Below, piece after piece: positions 36,693 to 45,453 of a DNA stretch of 64,000 nt (position 1 is its first letter; the number at the start of each line of letters is the position of its first letter). Source of the DNA: Rhodospirillaceae bacterium (GTDB lineage Bacteria > Pseudomonadota > Alphaproteobacteria > Rhodospirillales > UBA2165); contig PBNV01000004.1 of the NCBI GenBank assembly GCA_002723345.1, positions 1,543-65,542 of the forward strand, read 5' to 3'. The notes beneath the pieces are model-generated. The model did not search any database. It saw only the letters and a list, made by a program, of their open reading frames with translations, and was not told the origin of the DNA. Made by a program: the position numbers and the translations under genes.

Positions 36693-37181
36693 TTAAGCGG
36701 CTTCCTTATCCTCAGCGCCCAAGAGTTTTTTTGCCGCACCGACAATGCCTGCCGCTGGCCCTTTGCTGATCTCAATCTGGCGGGGCTTCAGCGCCTCGGG
36801 CACTTCTCGCTTTAAATGAATGGTCAGCATGCCATTGTCCAAGCTGGCATTTGTCACTTTGACGTGATCGGCGAGATCAAAACGACGCTCAAAGGTACGG
36901 TTGGCAATCCCCTGGTGGAGATAGCTCACCGTTTCATCGTTAGTTGATCCCTTTCCTTTGACTAGAAGAAAGTTTTCCGACTGACTGATGTCTAAATCCG
37001 TCTCCGAAAAACCTGCTACTGCTATGCTGATTCGGTAAGCGTTATCATCGACGGACTCGATGTTATACGGCGGGTACGAGGGGCTTTGGCCCTGGCGTCG
37101 CGCCGTCGAGTCCAGCATTTTTTCAAGTCGTTCGAACCCAACGGAATATCTAAAAAGGGGTGAAAAATCGTAAGTACGCAT
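36693..37181 (-). CDS. ibpA: small heat-shock protein Hsp20 (IbpA-like)
   Basis: DFSPLFRYSVGFE, SYPPYNIE, YRISIAVAGF, YLHQGIANRTFERRFDLADH, NGMLTIHL.REVPEALKPRQIEI. Confidence 0.95.
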   Translation of the reverse strand: MRTYDFSPLFRYSVGFERLEKMLDSTARRQGQSPSYPPYNIESVDDNAYRISIAVAGFSETDLDISQSENFLLVKGKGSTNDETVSYLHQGIANRTFERRFDLADHVKVTNASLDNGMLTIHLKREVPEALKPRQIEISKGPAAGIVGAAKKLLGAEDKEAA

Positions 37182-37286
37182 GTCATATCCTCCTTCAAGC
37201 GATACGAGTTATGAAGAGATCCGCCAACATGGCCCGATCTCAAAATATGTTGGCCAGAACCCTATAAAGGCGTCCTCCAACACAAT
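37179..37286 (-). ncRNA. ROSE-like RNA thermometer in the ibpA 5'UTR
   Basis: Three predicted hairpins; the last, UCGUAUC-GCU-UGA-AGGAG-GAUAUGA, carries the U(U/C)GCU motif next to and pairing over the SD. Confidence 0.65.
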
Positions 37287-37288
37287 TA

Positions 37289-37316
37289 ATATGGTACACC
37301 AGACTTCAGCCGCAAG
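37289..37316 (-). promoter_or_regulatory. sigma32 (RpoH) promoter of ibpA
   Basis: Minus strand CTTG-N18-CCATAT. Confidence 0.7.
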
Positions 37317-37536
37317 AGGAAAAACCGCGAAATAAAGGGAGACAGTCAGATAGAGAGGAACGTTTTTTAAATAATCAGCGCCGACAAGACGCTAGCCACC
37401 GTGACCAACTCATATAGCGCTGTTGACTGAAGAGCAGTTTGCGTGATCGGTACTCTGTAGAAAACCGAAGACGCACTCGAAAAAGATGGATGTCGGTACT
37501 GCAACAAGTTAAAGCTTAAAAAAGGCTCGGAATTTT

Positions 37537-38418
37537 ATGCCCTTGAACTCCTCTTCCTCGCTTCCCGGCATTATTCTCATGACCCTCGCCGTCATCCTTT
37601 TCGCATGGAAGGATGCACTGGCAAAACTGACTGGCGGATATTACTCCCCGATCCTCATCATCTGGGCGCAAGTCGTATTCATGTTTGGGATTTGGTTTCC
37701 CGTCTTGGTCTACAAATATGGTTGGCGGTGGCTGATTCCCAGACCCCTGAGTTGGCAAGTGGCCCGAGGATTGTCTGCGGTTACCGCTATTGGGATCTTC
37801 TACTGGGCTATTTTGTTGATCCCACTTGCTGATGCAACGGCGATGGCTTTTACTGCGCCGCTGATTGTAACCGCGTTGTCACCATGGGTTCTAAAGGAAA
37901 AGGTAGGTGTGCGGCGTTGGAGCGCTGTCACTATCGGGTTTCTGGGTGCTCTGATACTACTGCGACCCGCATTCGTTGGTGATAGCATTGGCTTCCTACT
38001 GGCATTTATTTCAGGACTGTTGTTGGGGTTCTTCTACACCGCTAACCGTAAACTAGCTGATGCAGCCCCCCCACTAGTGAGCGTTGCCTATACAGCATAC
38101 ATGGGGGTAATTGTTCTTACTCCCCTGGTTCCTCTCAAATGGGTGACGCCAAGACCCGAAGACAGCTGGCTCATTCTGGGCTTTGTAGTTCTATCAGCTA
38201 TTGGGCAAAGCTGTCTTGTGACTGCCTTCCGCTTTGGACAGGCGAGCCGCGTAGCACCGTTTCACTTCATACACATTGTGGCCGCAACTTTTTTTGGTTT
38301 TCTGATATTCGACGACTTTCCCGATATGTTAACTTGGGTAGGTGTATCCGTTGTTGTATTAAGTGGGCTTTATATTGCAATCAGAGAGACAAAAAGGATT
38401 TCCAAACAATCGGAATAA
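37537..38418 (+). CDS. DMT/EamA family transporter
   Basis: About 10 TM; LIPLADATAMAFTAPLIVTALS..LKEKVGVRRW, ASRVAPF. Confidence 0.9.
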   Translation: MPLNSSSSLPGIILMTLAVILFAWKDALAKLTGGYYSPILIIWAQVVFMFGIWFPVLVYKYGWRWLIPRPLSWQVARGLSAVTAIGIFYWAILLIPLADATAMAFTAPLIVTALSPWVLKEKVGVRRWSAVTIGFLGALILLRPAFVGDSIGFLLAFISGLLLGFFYTANRKLADAAPPLVSVAYTAYMGVIVLTPLVPLKWVTPRPEDSWLILGFVVLSAIGQSCLVTAFRFGQASRVAPFHFIHIVAATFFGFLIFDDFPDMLTWVGVSVVVLSGLYIAIRETKRISKQSE

Positions 38419-38684
38419 CAGTATTTTAGTTAATACCCCTGGTAACAGTATAACCCTCAAAATTACCCCGGAATTACCGGATTGGACGTTGAACGAACGC
38501 TCACCCTAGCTTTGTTGAAATCCCCTGAAGCGCAGGGGCCTCATAAAATTTATGTAGTCATCGAGAGACCGGAAAAAAGTGGGTGTGTAAGCCATGTCTT
38601 TTTTACATAGCAGATCAATACGAATGTAATGAGCTCTCTAGACCAACCGTCCGTAAAAAAGTTCAAACTAAGGAGTAATGAGCT

Positions 38685-38858
38685 ATGATAATGGATATGC
38701 CGAAGATCGGTTGGGTCGAGAGATTGTTAGCGGATGTGGAAGTGATGACAATGGACGAAGTGTTGGAGGTAGAACGCCAACAACATCATCTTGAAAGAGA
38801 AATTGACCGAGGATACGAGAATTGGCTTAAGAACGCCACTATCCCGGAAATACACTAG
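38685..38858 (+). CDS. small acidic hypothetical protein (57 aa)
   Basis: AAGGAG 8 nt before ATG; MIMDMPKIGWVERLLADVEVMTMDEVLEVERQQHHLEREIDRGYENWLKNATIPEIH*; below ORF-track cutoff. Confidence 0.55.
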   Translation: MIMDMPKIGWVERLLADVEVMTMDEVLEVERQQHHLEREIDRGYENWLKNATIPEIH

Positions 38859-38895
38859 AGGGATTGGTTCACAAACTCTCACGTGCAGGTGTTGG

Positions 38896-39900
38896 TCACA
38901 CAAAAACCTTTGTCATTTGTACTTCAGCATAACGGTCGCCTGCCGCAGAACCAACTGGCACTAAGGCTGAAATATCTTCAATGTCTTGAGAAGTTAGGTG
39001 AAGGCTCACAGCGGCAACGTTTTCGTCATGACGCTCAGGCCGCTTAGTCCCAGGGATCACAATAATATCTTCGCCCCGACCGATTAACCAAGCGAGGGCA
39101 AGCTGTGCGGGTGTACACTTCTTCCCCTGCGCGAACCGAGCTATTCTAGCGGCAAGCTCTCTATTAATACTGAAGTTTTCTCCAACAAATCTTGGGTGTT
39201 TGTGGTGAGGATCATTCTCATCTACAGAGTCGGCCATCAAATATTGATCAGTTAACAACCCTCGCCCCAAGGGGGAATATGCGACGAATGAGATACCCAG
39301 CTCTGCAGTCGTCTCATAAATCTGCTCTGCCTCTACTCGATACATTATTGAAAATTCACTTTGAACCGCTGCGAGAGGATGGGTAGCGTGGGCTCGGCGT
39401 ATGGTTGCAGGCTTTGCCTCGCAAATGCCGATAGCCCGGACTTTTCCTTGCTCTACCAACTTGGCCATAGCGCCCACCGTATCCTCAATAGGCACATTTT
39501 TGTCGACCCGGTGTTGGAAATACAAATCAATTTCATTGACCCCCAATCGTTGAAGGCTTTTTTCGCAGGCCTCAATCACATACTCCGGACGACCATCAAC
39601 CCCCATCCCGCCACCTTCAAGCTGGGTTTGGCCAAACTTAGTTGCAAGCACAATCTTGTCGCGATAACCGTCTGATAACGCACGACCGAGGACCTCTTCA
39701 TTGTGACCCCAGCCATACATATCTGACGAGTCGAGAAAATCCGTGCCCATGTCGATAGCGTAACGAACAAAGTCTATGGTCTCCTCGTCATAAGCAGTTC
39801 CGTAAGCACCAGAAAAGGACATACAGCCAAGGCCAACAGGGGCGCATTTTAGTTCACTGTTGCCCAGTCGACGTTTTACCGCGGCTTTTAAATCACTCAT
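38896..39900 (-). CDS. aldo/keto reductase
   Basis: GLGCMS, LDSSDMYG, LATKFG, IDLYFQHRVD, VAYSPLGRG, IPGTKR. Confidence 0.93.
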   Translation of the reverse strand: MSDLKAAVKRRLGNSELKCAPVGLGCMSFSGAYGTAYDEETIDFVRYAIDMGTDFLDSSDMYGWGHNEEVLGRALSDGYRDKIVLATKFGQTQLEGGGMGVDGRPEYVIEACEKSLQRLGVNEIDLYFQHRVDKNVPIEDTVGAMAKLVEQGKVRAIGICEAKPATIRRAHATHPLAAVQSEFSIMYRVEAEQIYETTAELGISFVAYSPLGRGLLTDQYLMADSVDENDPHHKHPRFVGENFSINRELAARIARFAQGKKCTPAQLALAWLIGRGEDIIVIPGTKRPERHDENVAAVSLHLTSQDIEDISALVPVGSAAGDRYAEVQMTKVFV

Positions 39901-40188
39901 GACAAGACTTTCCTCATAACAAAATTGATTTCGCTAGGTAGAATAATCTGCCACTCGTTGGATTAGTAGGGTTAAATCGGATTTTTTGAATTTTAATCAA
40001 ATTTTCCGAACGTATTGTCCAAATGGAAGCACATCAAGTACCGCCACAGTGCATTAATACCTGCAAGCAATGATGCAAATTATTTTTTAAACTTGAATAA
40101 TACGAAACAAGGCACGTGTTGGCGCGGGTAAAAGCTGCTAGGTATCACTGTACAAAAAGCCGAAGGTAATTTTTACCACCCAAAAGTT

Positions 40189-41241
40189 TTAGTGAGTTCG
40201 CATTGCAGCATTTGCCAATTCTGGATGGCGATAAGCCTCGGGATAATGCATGGGATGAATGGGTCCAAGAGGTACAACATTATTCCAGGACCGCCCAAAA
40301 TACCCCTGCAGACAATGTATAAGTGAACAGCTCTCCGAAACACCAGGAATCCCATATACCCTGCAAATCCATCGCCAAAGATTTGGAAAATCGAGCATTC
40401 GTGCCCCGTTTAGCTTCATGCGTAAGAAATAGATAGGATCGTGACGAAACAATGTTGGAAATAATCTTACATCAGCCTCGGTTAAATTGACCCCCGTAAG
40501 GAATAGGCGGCCGTCGACAGCCATCTCTTCCTCCAGGTCTTGTAGCGTTGAGAAATATTCTTTGAAGGCAATCTCATAGACCCGCTGGTTGGCCGAAAAA
40601 CCAGCCTTATATGCGCCATTGTTTATGTTCGCGTAAATGATCTGATTTAATCTATCTATTTCAACCCTGAGTCCCGGGTTACGCTCCTCGGAGGGATACA
40701 GATCCACCCTTTCATCTGCTGCAATAGTACTTCCTAATGCTCCGGCCTGGTCATTAAGCATTCGTAAAATATCCGCACTCTCATTTGATACAATCTTTTG
40801 AGAGGATTTATCAAAGAGTATCGGAAGAGAGCTTCCGGTCGATCCTTCCGCCTCATATATTTGTCGCGCGATGCGAAGACTTCTGCCTGTAGCCGTCTCC
40901 ATCGTGCATTCGGGTAGCGTTGCACCCGTGCTACTTGCTACTCGTTCTGGGGCAAACTCCCAGTTATCTTGACCATACGGACTATCTGCATTTGTCCGAT
41001 TGGGAAAAGCCACGTCGACCGAAATACTTTTTTGCAAACCAAGAATATTTCGCGCTATTAGAACCCGATGGCACCATGGGCAATTCAATGCAACATAAAG
41101 ATGATATCTATTCAGTTCCGGCAGGAATACCGAACCCTTACTTATTTTGCCGCGGAATACGCTCGCTCGCCTGACAAACTCCCCATTTGCCCTTCGAGCT
41201 TCAATGTCGTCCTGCGACTCTTCTGTGGATTTATCGGCCAT
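40189..41241 (-). CDS. glutathionyl-hydroquinone reductase / omega-like GST (YqjG-like)
   Basis: RYHLYVALNCPWCHR, IVSNESADILRML, INNGAYKAGF, LTEADVRLFPTLFRHDPIY; start 41241 or 41265. Confidence 0.88.
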   Translation of the reverse strand: MADKSTEESQDDIEARRANGEFVRRASVFRGKISKGSVFLPELNRYHLYVALNCPWCHRVLIARNILGLQKSISVDVAFPNRTNADSPYGQDNWEFAPERVASSTGATLPECTMETATGRSLRIARQIYEAEGSTGSSLPILFDKSSQKIVSNESADILRMLNDQAGALGSTIAADERVDLYPSEERNPGLRVEIDRLNQIIYANINNGAYKAGFSANQRVYEIAFKEYFSTLQDLEEEMAVDGRLFLTGVNLTEADVRLFPTLFRHDPIYFLRMKLNGARMLDFPNLWRWICRVYGIPGVSESCSLIHCLQGYFGRSWNNVVPLGPIHPMHYPEAYRHPELANAAMRTH

Positions 41242-41446
41242 ATAATTCTTTTTTAGAGTATCCAATACTGACTGCGTTAGACTTAACTATATTCGGAACA
41301 TAGATATATCAAAATTACAAACAATGTAGGATGGCTCCACCTATTTGCATGCCACGATAGCTAATAACCTCTTCATCTGTTAAAAGATAAAAAAGGCTTT
41401 AATAAAAAATATAAATTACACGAAGGGCCGCACTATTTCCTCGCGA

Positions 41447-42355
41447 TTGCCACCCATCACAGATCAAAGAGCAGCCATTTTGGGTGTGTTTTATGCTGCA
41501 ATGTTTTCCGCATTTCTAGCCGTAGGGTGGGTCTTGGTTCGTCATGTTGCAGAAGAAATACATCCATTAGAGGTGACGTTCTGGGGTAACTTTTTTGGTT
41601 TTGTTACATTTGTAATTGCTACCTTGCTCTCCGGAAAAGGATATTTTCGAACTACTAGAGCCAAGGCACACTTTATTCGTGCAGCATTCAACTCTTGTGC
41701 GATCTTGGCATGGTTCTGGGGGCTAACGCTCATTCCTCTTGCCGATGCTGCCGCCCTAAACTTGATCGCTCCCTTATTAATAACAATCGGAGCAATCTTC
41801 TTTTTCAAGGAAACCGTCGGTCCACGTCGTTGGTTGGCCCTTGCGGTAGGAGCGACGGGTGCACTAGTAGTTGTCCGCCCCGGTTTTCAGGACCTGGAAT
41901 TAGGTATCGGGTTAGTCTCTCTAACCATTATATTCAGCGCTGGTCAGAGGCTCGTCTCAAAATCTCTCTCGCATACGGATCCCAGCGTAACGTCCGTACT
42001 GTACCTCATGTTGTTTATGTTGCCGTTTACGCTGGCAGCCTCTCTGCCTGTATGGTCTTGGCCTACACTGCCTCAATTAACATCGATGGCGATATTAGGA
42101 TTTTTGCTGAGCTTAGCTCACTTTGCCTGGATGAGGGCGCTCACATACTCTGATATCAGCGCTCTTGAACCCATCGGATTTACGCGCCTCTTGTGGGGCG
42201 CGCTTTTCGGATTTCTATTCTTTTCAGAGGTGCCAACAATTTGGACATGGATCGGAGGTCTCATGATTGTTGGTGCCACAACGTACATCGCGCGACGGGA
42301 GGCTGCCTTAAGGTCTGGTTACCTAGCGAAAACAAGCACACGTGCTCACGATTGA
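41447..42355 (+). CDS. DMT/EamA family transporter
   Basis: IHPLEVTF, LIPLADAAAL, KETVGPRRW, VVRPGF, FSEVPTIWTWIGG. Confidence 0.9.
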   Translation: MPPITDQRAAILGVFYAAMFSAFLAVGWVLVRHVAEEIHPLEVTFWGNFFGFVTFVIATLLSGKGYFRTTRAKAHFIRAAFNSCAILAWFWGLTLIPLADAAALNLIAPLLITIGAIFFFKETVGPRRWLALAVGATGALVVVRPGFQDLELGIGLVSLTIIFSAGQRLVSKSLSHTDPSVTSVLYLMLFMLPFTLAASLPVWSWPTLPQLTSMAILGFLLSLAHFAWMRALTYSDISALEPIGFTRLLWGALFGFLFFSEVPTIWTWIGGLMIVGATTYIARREAALRSGYLAKTSTRAHD

Positions 42356-42392
42356 TAAAATAGTTGGGATCAAAACTAGGAGGAACAAATCA

Positions 42393-42686
42393 ATGACTGC
42401 TTACGTAATTGCCAACTTAGATGTTACAGATCCCGCCGTTTTTTCAGACTACGGCGAGAGAGTGCTCCCAATTTTAAAAAAGTTTGGAGGTCGTTATTTA
42501 GTGAGGGGTGGCAGCGTTGAAAAACTCGAGGGAGAGCATGGATTCGAACGTTTAGTTATTTTGGAATTTCCAGATAAAACAGCCGCAAAAAATTTCTACG
42601 ATAGTCAAGAGTATGCCCCACTCTTTGTCATGCGCCGGGCAAGCGCAAAGTCAACCCTCGCTCTTGTAGAGGGATTAGATCGCTAA
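42393..42686 (+). CDS. DUF1330 domain protein
   Basis: RBS GGAGG; MTAYVIA, FGGRYLVRGG, VILEFPD, FYDSQEY. Confidence 0.88.
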   Translation: MTAYVIANLDVTDPAVFSDYGERVLPILKKFGGRYLVRGGSVEKLEGEHGFERLVILEFPDKTAAKNFYDSQEYAPLFVMRRASAKSTLALVEGLDR

Positions 42687-43012
42687 ATTTGATTGATTTT
42701 CGCTGCCAAAATAAAGTCATTTTCGTGCAATCCATCAATTTCGTGGCTAAAGATCGTAATCTCCACGTAACCCCATCCAAACGTAATATCAGGATGGTGA
42801 CCTTCCTGTTCCGCAAGTGCGCCAACCATATTTACGAACGCAAGCGAGAGGGCAAAATCGCCAAATTTGAAACGACGAAAAATATGGTGGGCATCGCCCT
42901 CAAGGGTCCAGCCCGCCGCTTGGTTCAGGAGCTTTTCAGCCTCTTCCCTCGGTAATGGCGGTATGCCGCCCCTGCAGGGGGCACAAATCTTGGCCGTTAA
43001 CTCCTCAGACAT
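42683..43012 (-). CDS. phhB: pterin-4-alpha-carbinolamine dehydratase
   Basis: CAPCRGG, AEQEGHHPDI, HEIDGLHENDFILAAKI. Confidence 0.92.
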   Translation of the reverse strand: MSEELTAKICAPCRGGIPPLPREEAEKLLNQAAGWTLEGDAHHIFRRFKFGDFALSLAFVNMVGALAEQEGHHPDITFGWGYVEITIFSHEIDGLHENDFILAAKINQI

Positions 43013-43117
43013 TATTCCTCCATCTGTCTCATATGGCGTCGATTGCTACAACTTGTCGCGTTGTCTATGGTTAATAACCTACAATCTCAGGGAACGGGCG
43101 CAAGCCCGCATGACTAA

Positions 43118-44323
43118 ATGACAGAAGCCTATATTTGTGATGCCATCAGAACACCCATTGGCCGGTATGGTGGCGCGCTCTCCTCCGTCCGAGCAGATGA
43201 CCTTGCAGCAATCCCGCTCACCAGTTTGATGGAACGGAACGATGCTGTCGATTGGGAGGCCCTCGATGACGTAATATATGGGTGCGTGAACCAGGCTGGA
43301 GAAGACAATCGCAATGTGGCCCGCATGGCTCTATTGCTGGCCGGCCTGCCTGACGCAGCTCCCGGCGTCACCGTAAATCGCCTTTGCGGATCCGGAATGC
43401 ACGCCGTCGGCAGCGCGGCGCAGGCCATCCGTACAGGTGATGCGGATCTGATCTTGGCCGGGGGCGTGGAGAGCATGTCCCGCTCACCTTTCGTGATGCC
43501 GAAAGCGTCAGCCGCGTTCTCCCGTAATGCAGAAATTCACGATACAACCATCGGTTGGCGTTTCGTAAACCCAAAGATGAAACAGCTTTACGGCACTGAA
43601 TCCATGGGTGAAACGGCCGAGAATGTGGCAGAGGATCATAAAATCAACCGCGCAGACCAAGACGCCTTCGCGGCGGCAAGCCAAGCAAAGACGGCAGCGG
43701 CGCAGGAAGACGGGCGGCTGGCTGAAGAAATTATTCCTGTGACCATTCCTCAGCGCAAAGGCGACAGCATTGTCGTGGATCGGGATGAACATCCTCGCTC
43801 CGGCACGAGCGTTGAAAAATTATCCGGGCTGAAAGCCGCCTTCAGAGAGGGGGGCACGGTTACTGCTGGTAATTCCTCCGGTGTCAATGACGGCGCCTGT
43901 GCTTTACTCATCGCATCGGAGCATGCCGTAAAGGCTTATAGCCTTACCCCCCGTGCCCGCATATTAGGAATGGCTAGTGCTGGCGTGCCACCCCGCGTAA
44001 TGGGTATTGGCCCGGTTCCAGCGAGTGAAAAACTATTATCGAAATTAGGCATCACCACTGATGATCTCGACGTCATCGAATTAAATGAAGCTTTTGCCGC
44101 TCAGGCCCTTGCTGTCTTGCGGGGGCTGAACATTAACGATCTGGATGATCGGGTTAATCCCCAGGGCGGCGCCATCGCCCTTGGCCACCCGCTCGGCGCG
44201 AGTGGCGCACGGCTTATCGCGACGGCAATGTATCAGTTACATCGGACAGGTGGAACACGGGCGCTGTGCACCATGTGCGTGGGCGTTGGCCAAGGCATCT
44301 CAACGGTCATCGAGAAAGTCTAA
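43118..44323 (+). CDS. pcaF: 3-oxoadipyl-CoA thiolase
   Basis: RTPIGRYGGALSSVRADDL, NQAGEDNRNVARM, NRLCGSG, DTTIGWRF, GHPLGASG, CVGVGQG. Confidence 0.93.
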   Translation: MTEAYICDAIRTPIGRYGGALSSVRADDLAAIPLTSLMERNDAVDWEALDDVIYGCVNQAGEDNRNVARMALLLAGLPDAAPGVTVNRLCGSGMHAVGSAAQAIRTGDADLILAGGVESMSRSPFVMPKASAAFSRNAEIHDTTIGWRFVNPKMKQLYGTESMGETAENVAEDHKINRADQDAFAAASQAKTAAAQEDGRLAEEIIPVTIPQRKGDSIVVDRDEHPRSGTSVEKLSGLKAAFREGGTVTAGNSSGVNDGACALLIASEHAVKAYSLTPRARILGMASAGVPPRVMGIGPVPASEKLLSKLGITTDDLDVIELNEAFAAQALAVLRGLNINDLDDRVNPQGGAIALGHPLGASGARLIATAMYQLHRTGGTRALCTMCVGVGQGISTVIEKV

Positions 44324-44332
44324 TCTCTGCAG

Positions 44333-45244
44333 ATGATCAAACCCCATATCTTGGTTAATTGTCCCGTCAGCAGCCTTAACAAGGACATCTGGCCGGAGAG
44401 GTTTATACCCCACTATGTCGACCCTGAAACGGACCGGTCGGCGCTTTTGTCTGACGTCGGGGAGCTTATTACGGCCATGATCACGGATGGTCCCCGCAGT
44501 ATCGATAAAGACTATCTGGATGCCCTTCCCTCGTTAAGGCTCATAATCTGTCTGGGCGTTGGCATTGATAAAATTGACATCGACGAGGCGGGCCGGCGGG
44601 GAATTGCAGTCACCAACGGCAGCGGAACCAACGCTCCCAGCGTTGCAGATCATGTTTTCGCGCTGATGCTGGCAGTCGCCCGCCAGATCCTTACCAATGA
44701 CCAGAGCATGCGACAACATGGGGCAGATGAGGAGTGTCCTAAAGTCTCATCAGGAACAATATACGCCAAGAAGCTGGGCATTCTTGGGCTTGGGGCGATC
44801 GGCATGGAAGTTGCTAAACGGGCCCAAGCCTTCGATATGAGGGTGTTCTATCACAACAGAAACCAGCGAGGAGATGTCGACCACATCTACTGTGGCTCTG
44901 CGATGGAGCTTGCCGATGAAGTCGATTTTCTTTGCGTTTCCTGTCCAGGCGGGGCGGAAACTCATCATCTTGTGAACACCGGCGTGTTATCAGCGCTTGG
45001 CCCAGATGGTGTCCTTATCAACGTCGCGCGCGGCTCCATCGTTGACACTAAAGCTCTAGTCGATGCCTTGCGAAATGGTGAAATCCGAGGCGCGGGTCTA
45101 GACGTGATCGGGGGTAATGACGCCACGCGTCACCCCCTATGCAAAATGGCAAATGTCGTCATGACACCGCACCTCGCAGGCAACACAACCGAGGCGTGGG
45201 ATCTCAAAAATGATTTGGCCGATCGCGTTTATTGGCATTCTTGA
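44333..45244 (+). CDS. D-isomer 2-hydroxyacid dehydrogenase family; C-terminal frameshift (restored end 45276)
   Basis: GILGLGAIG, LINVARGSIVD, GAGLDV, TPHLAG; alternative frame after 45230 reads LLAFLSGGELPNRVL*. Confidence 0.85.
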   Translation: MIKPHILVNCPVSSLNKDIWPERFIPHYVDPETDRSALLSDVGELITAMITDGPRSIDKDYLDALPSLRLIICLGVGIDKIDIDEAGRRGIAVTNGSGTNAPSVADHVFALMLAVARQILTNDQSMRQHGADEECPKVSSGTIYAKKLGILGLGAIGMEVAKRAQAFDMRVFYHNRNQRGDVDHIYCGSAMELADEVDFLCVSCPGGAETHHLVNTGVLSALGPDGVLINVARGSIVDTKALVDALRNGEIRGAGLDVIGGNDATRHPLCKMANVVMTPHLAGNTTEAWDLKNDLADRVYWHS

Positions 45245-45453
45245 GCGGCGGGGAACTCCCTAACCGCGTTCTCTGACAGGATGTTCAATCCAGACATCGC
45301 CCTTGACCGTCTCTCAGTTTTATCCCACTCTCAGATACGAACAGGGACGGCTATAGAAAAACAAATTGCCGTAGATAAGATGTTTTCAAGACTGAGCCAG
45401 CGGCGAACTAGCCCCCATCCTTATCAGCCATTTATAAAATGGGTTATAAAACC

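Noticed and set aside
2126-41241. Further selenoproteins among TlpA, SCO and the omega-like GST
   Set aside because: Their CxxC/CxxxC motifs use Cys codons in uninterrupted frames
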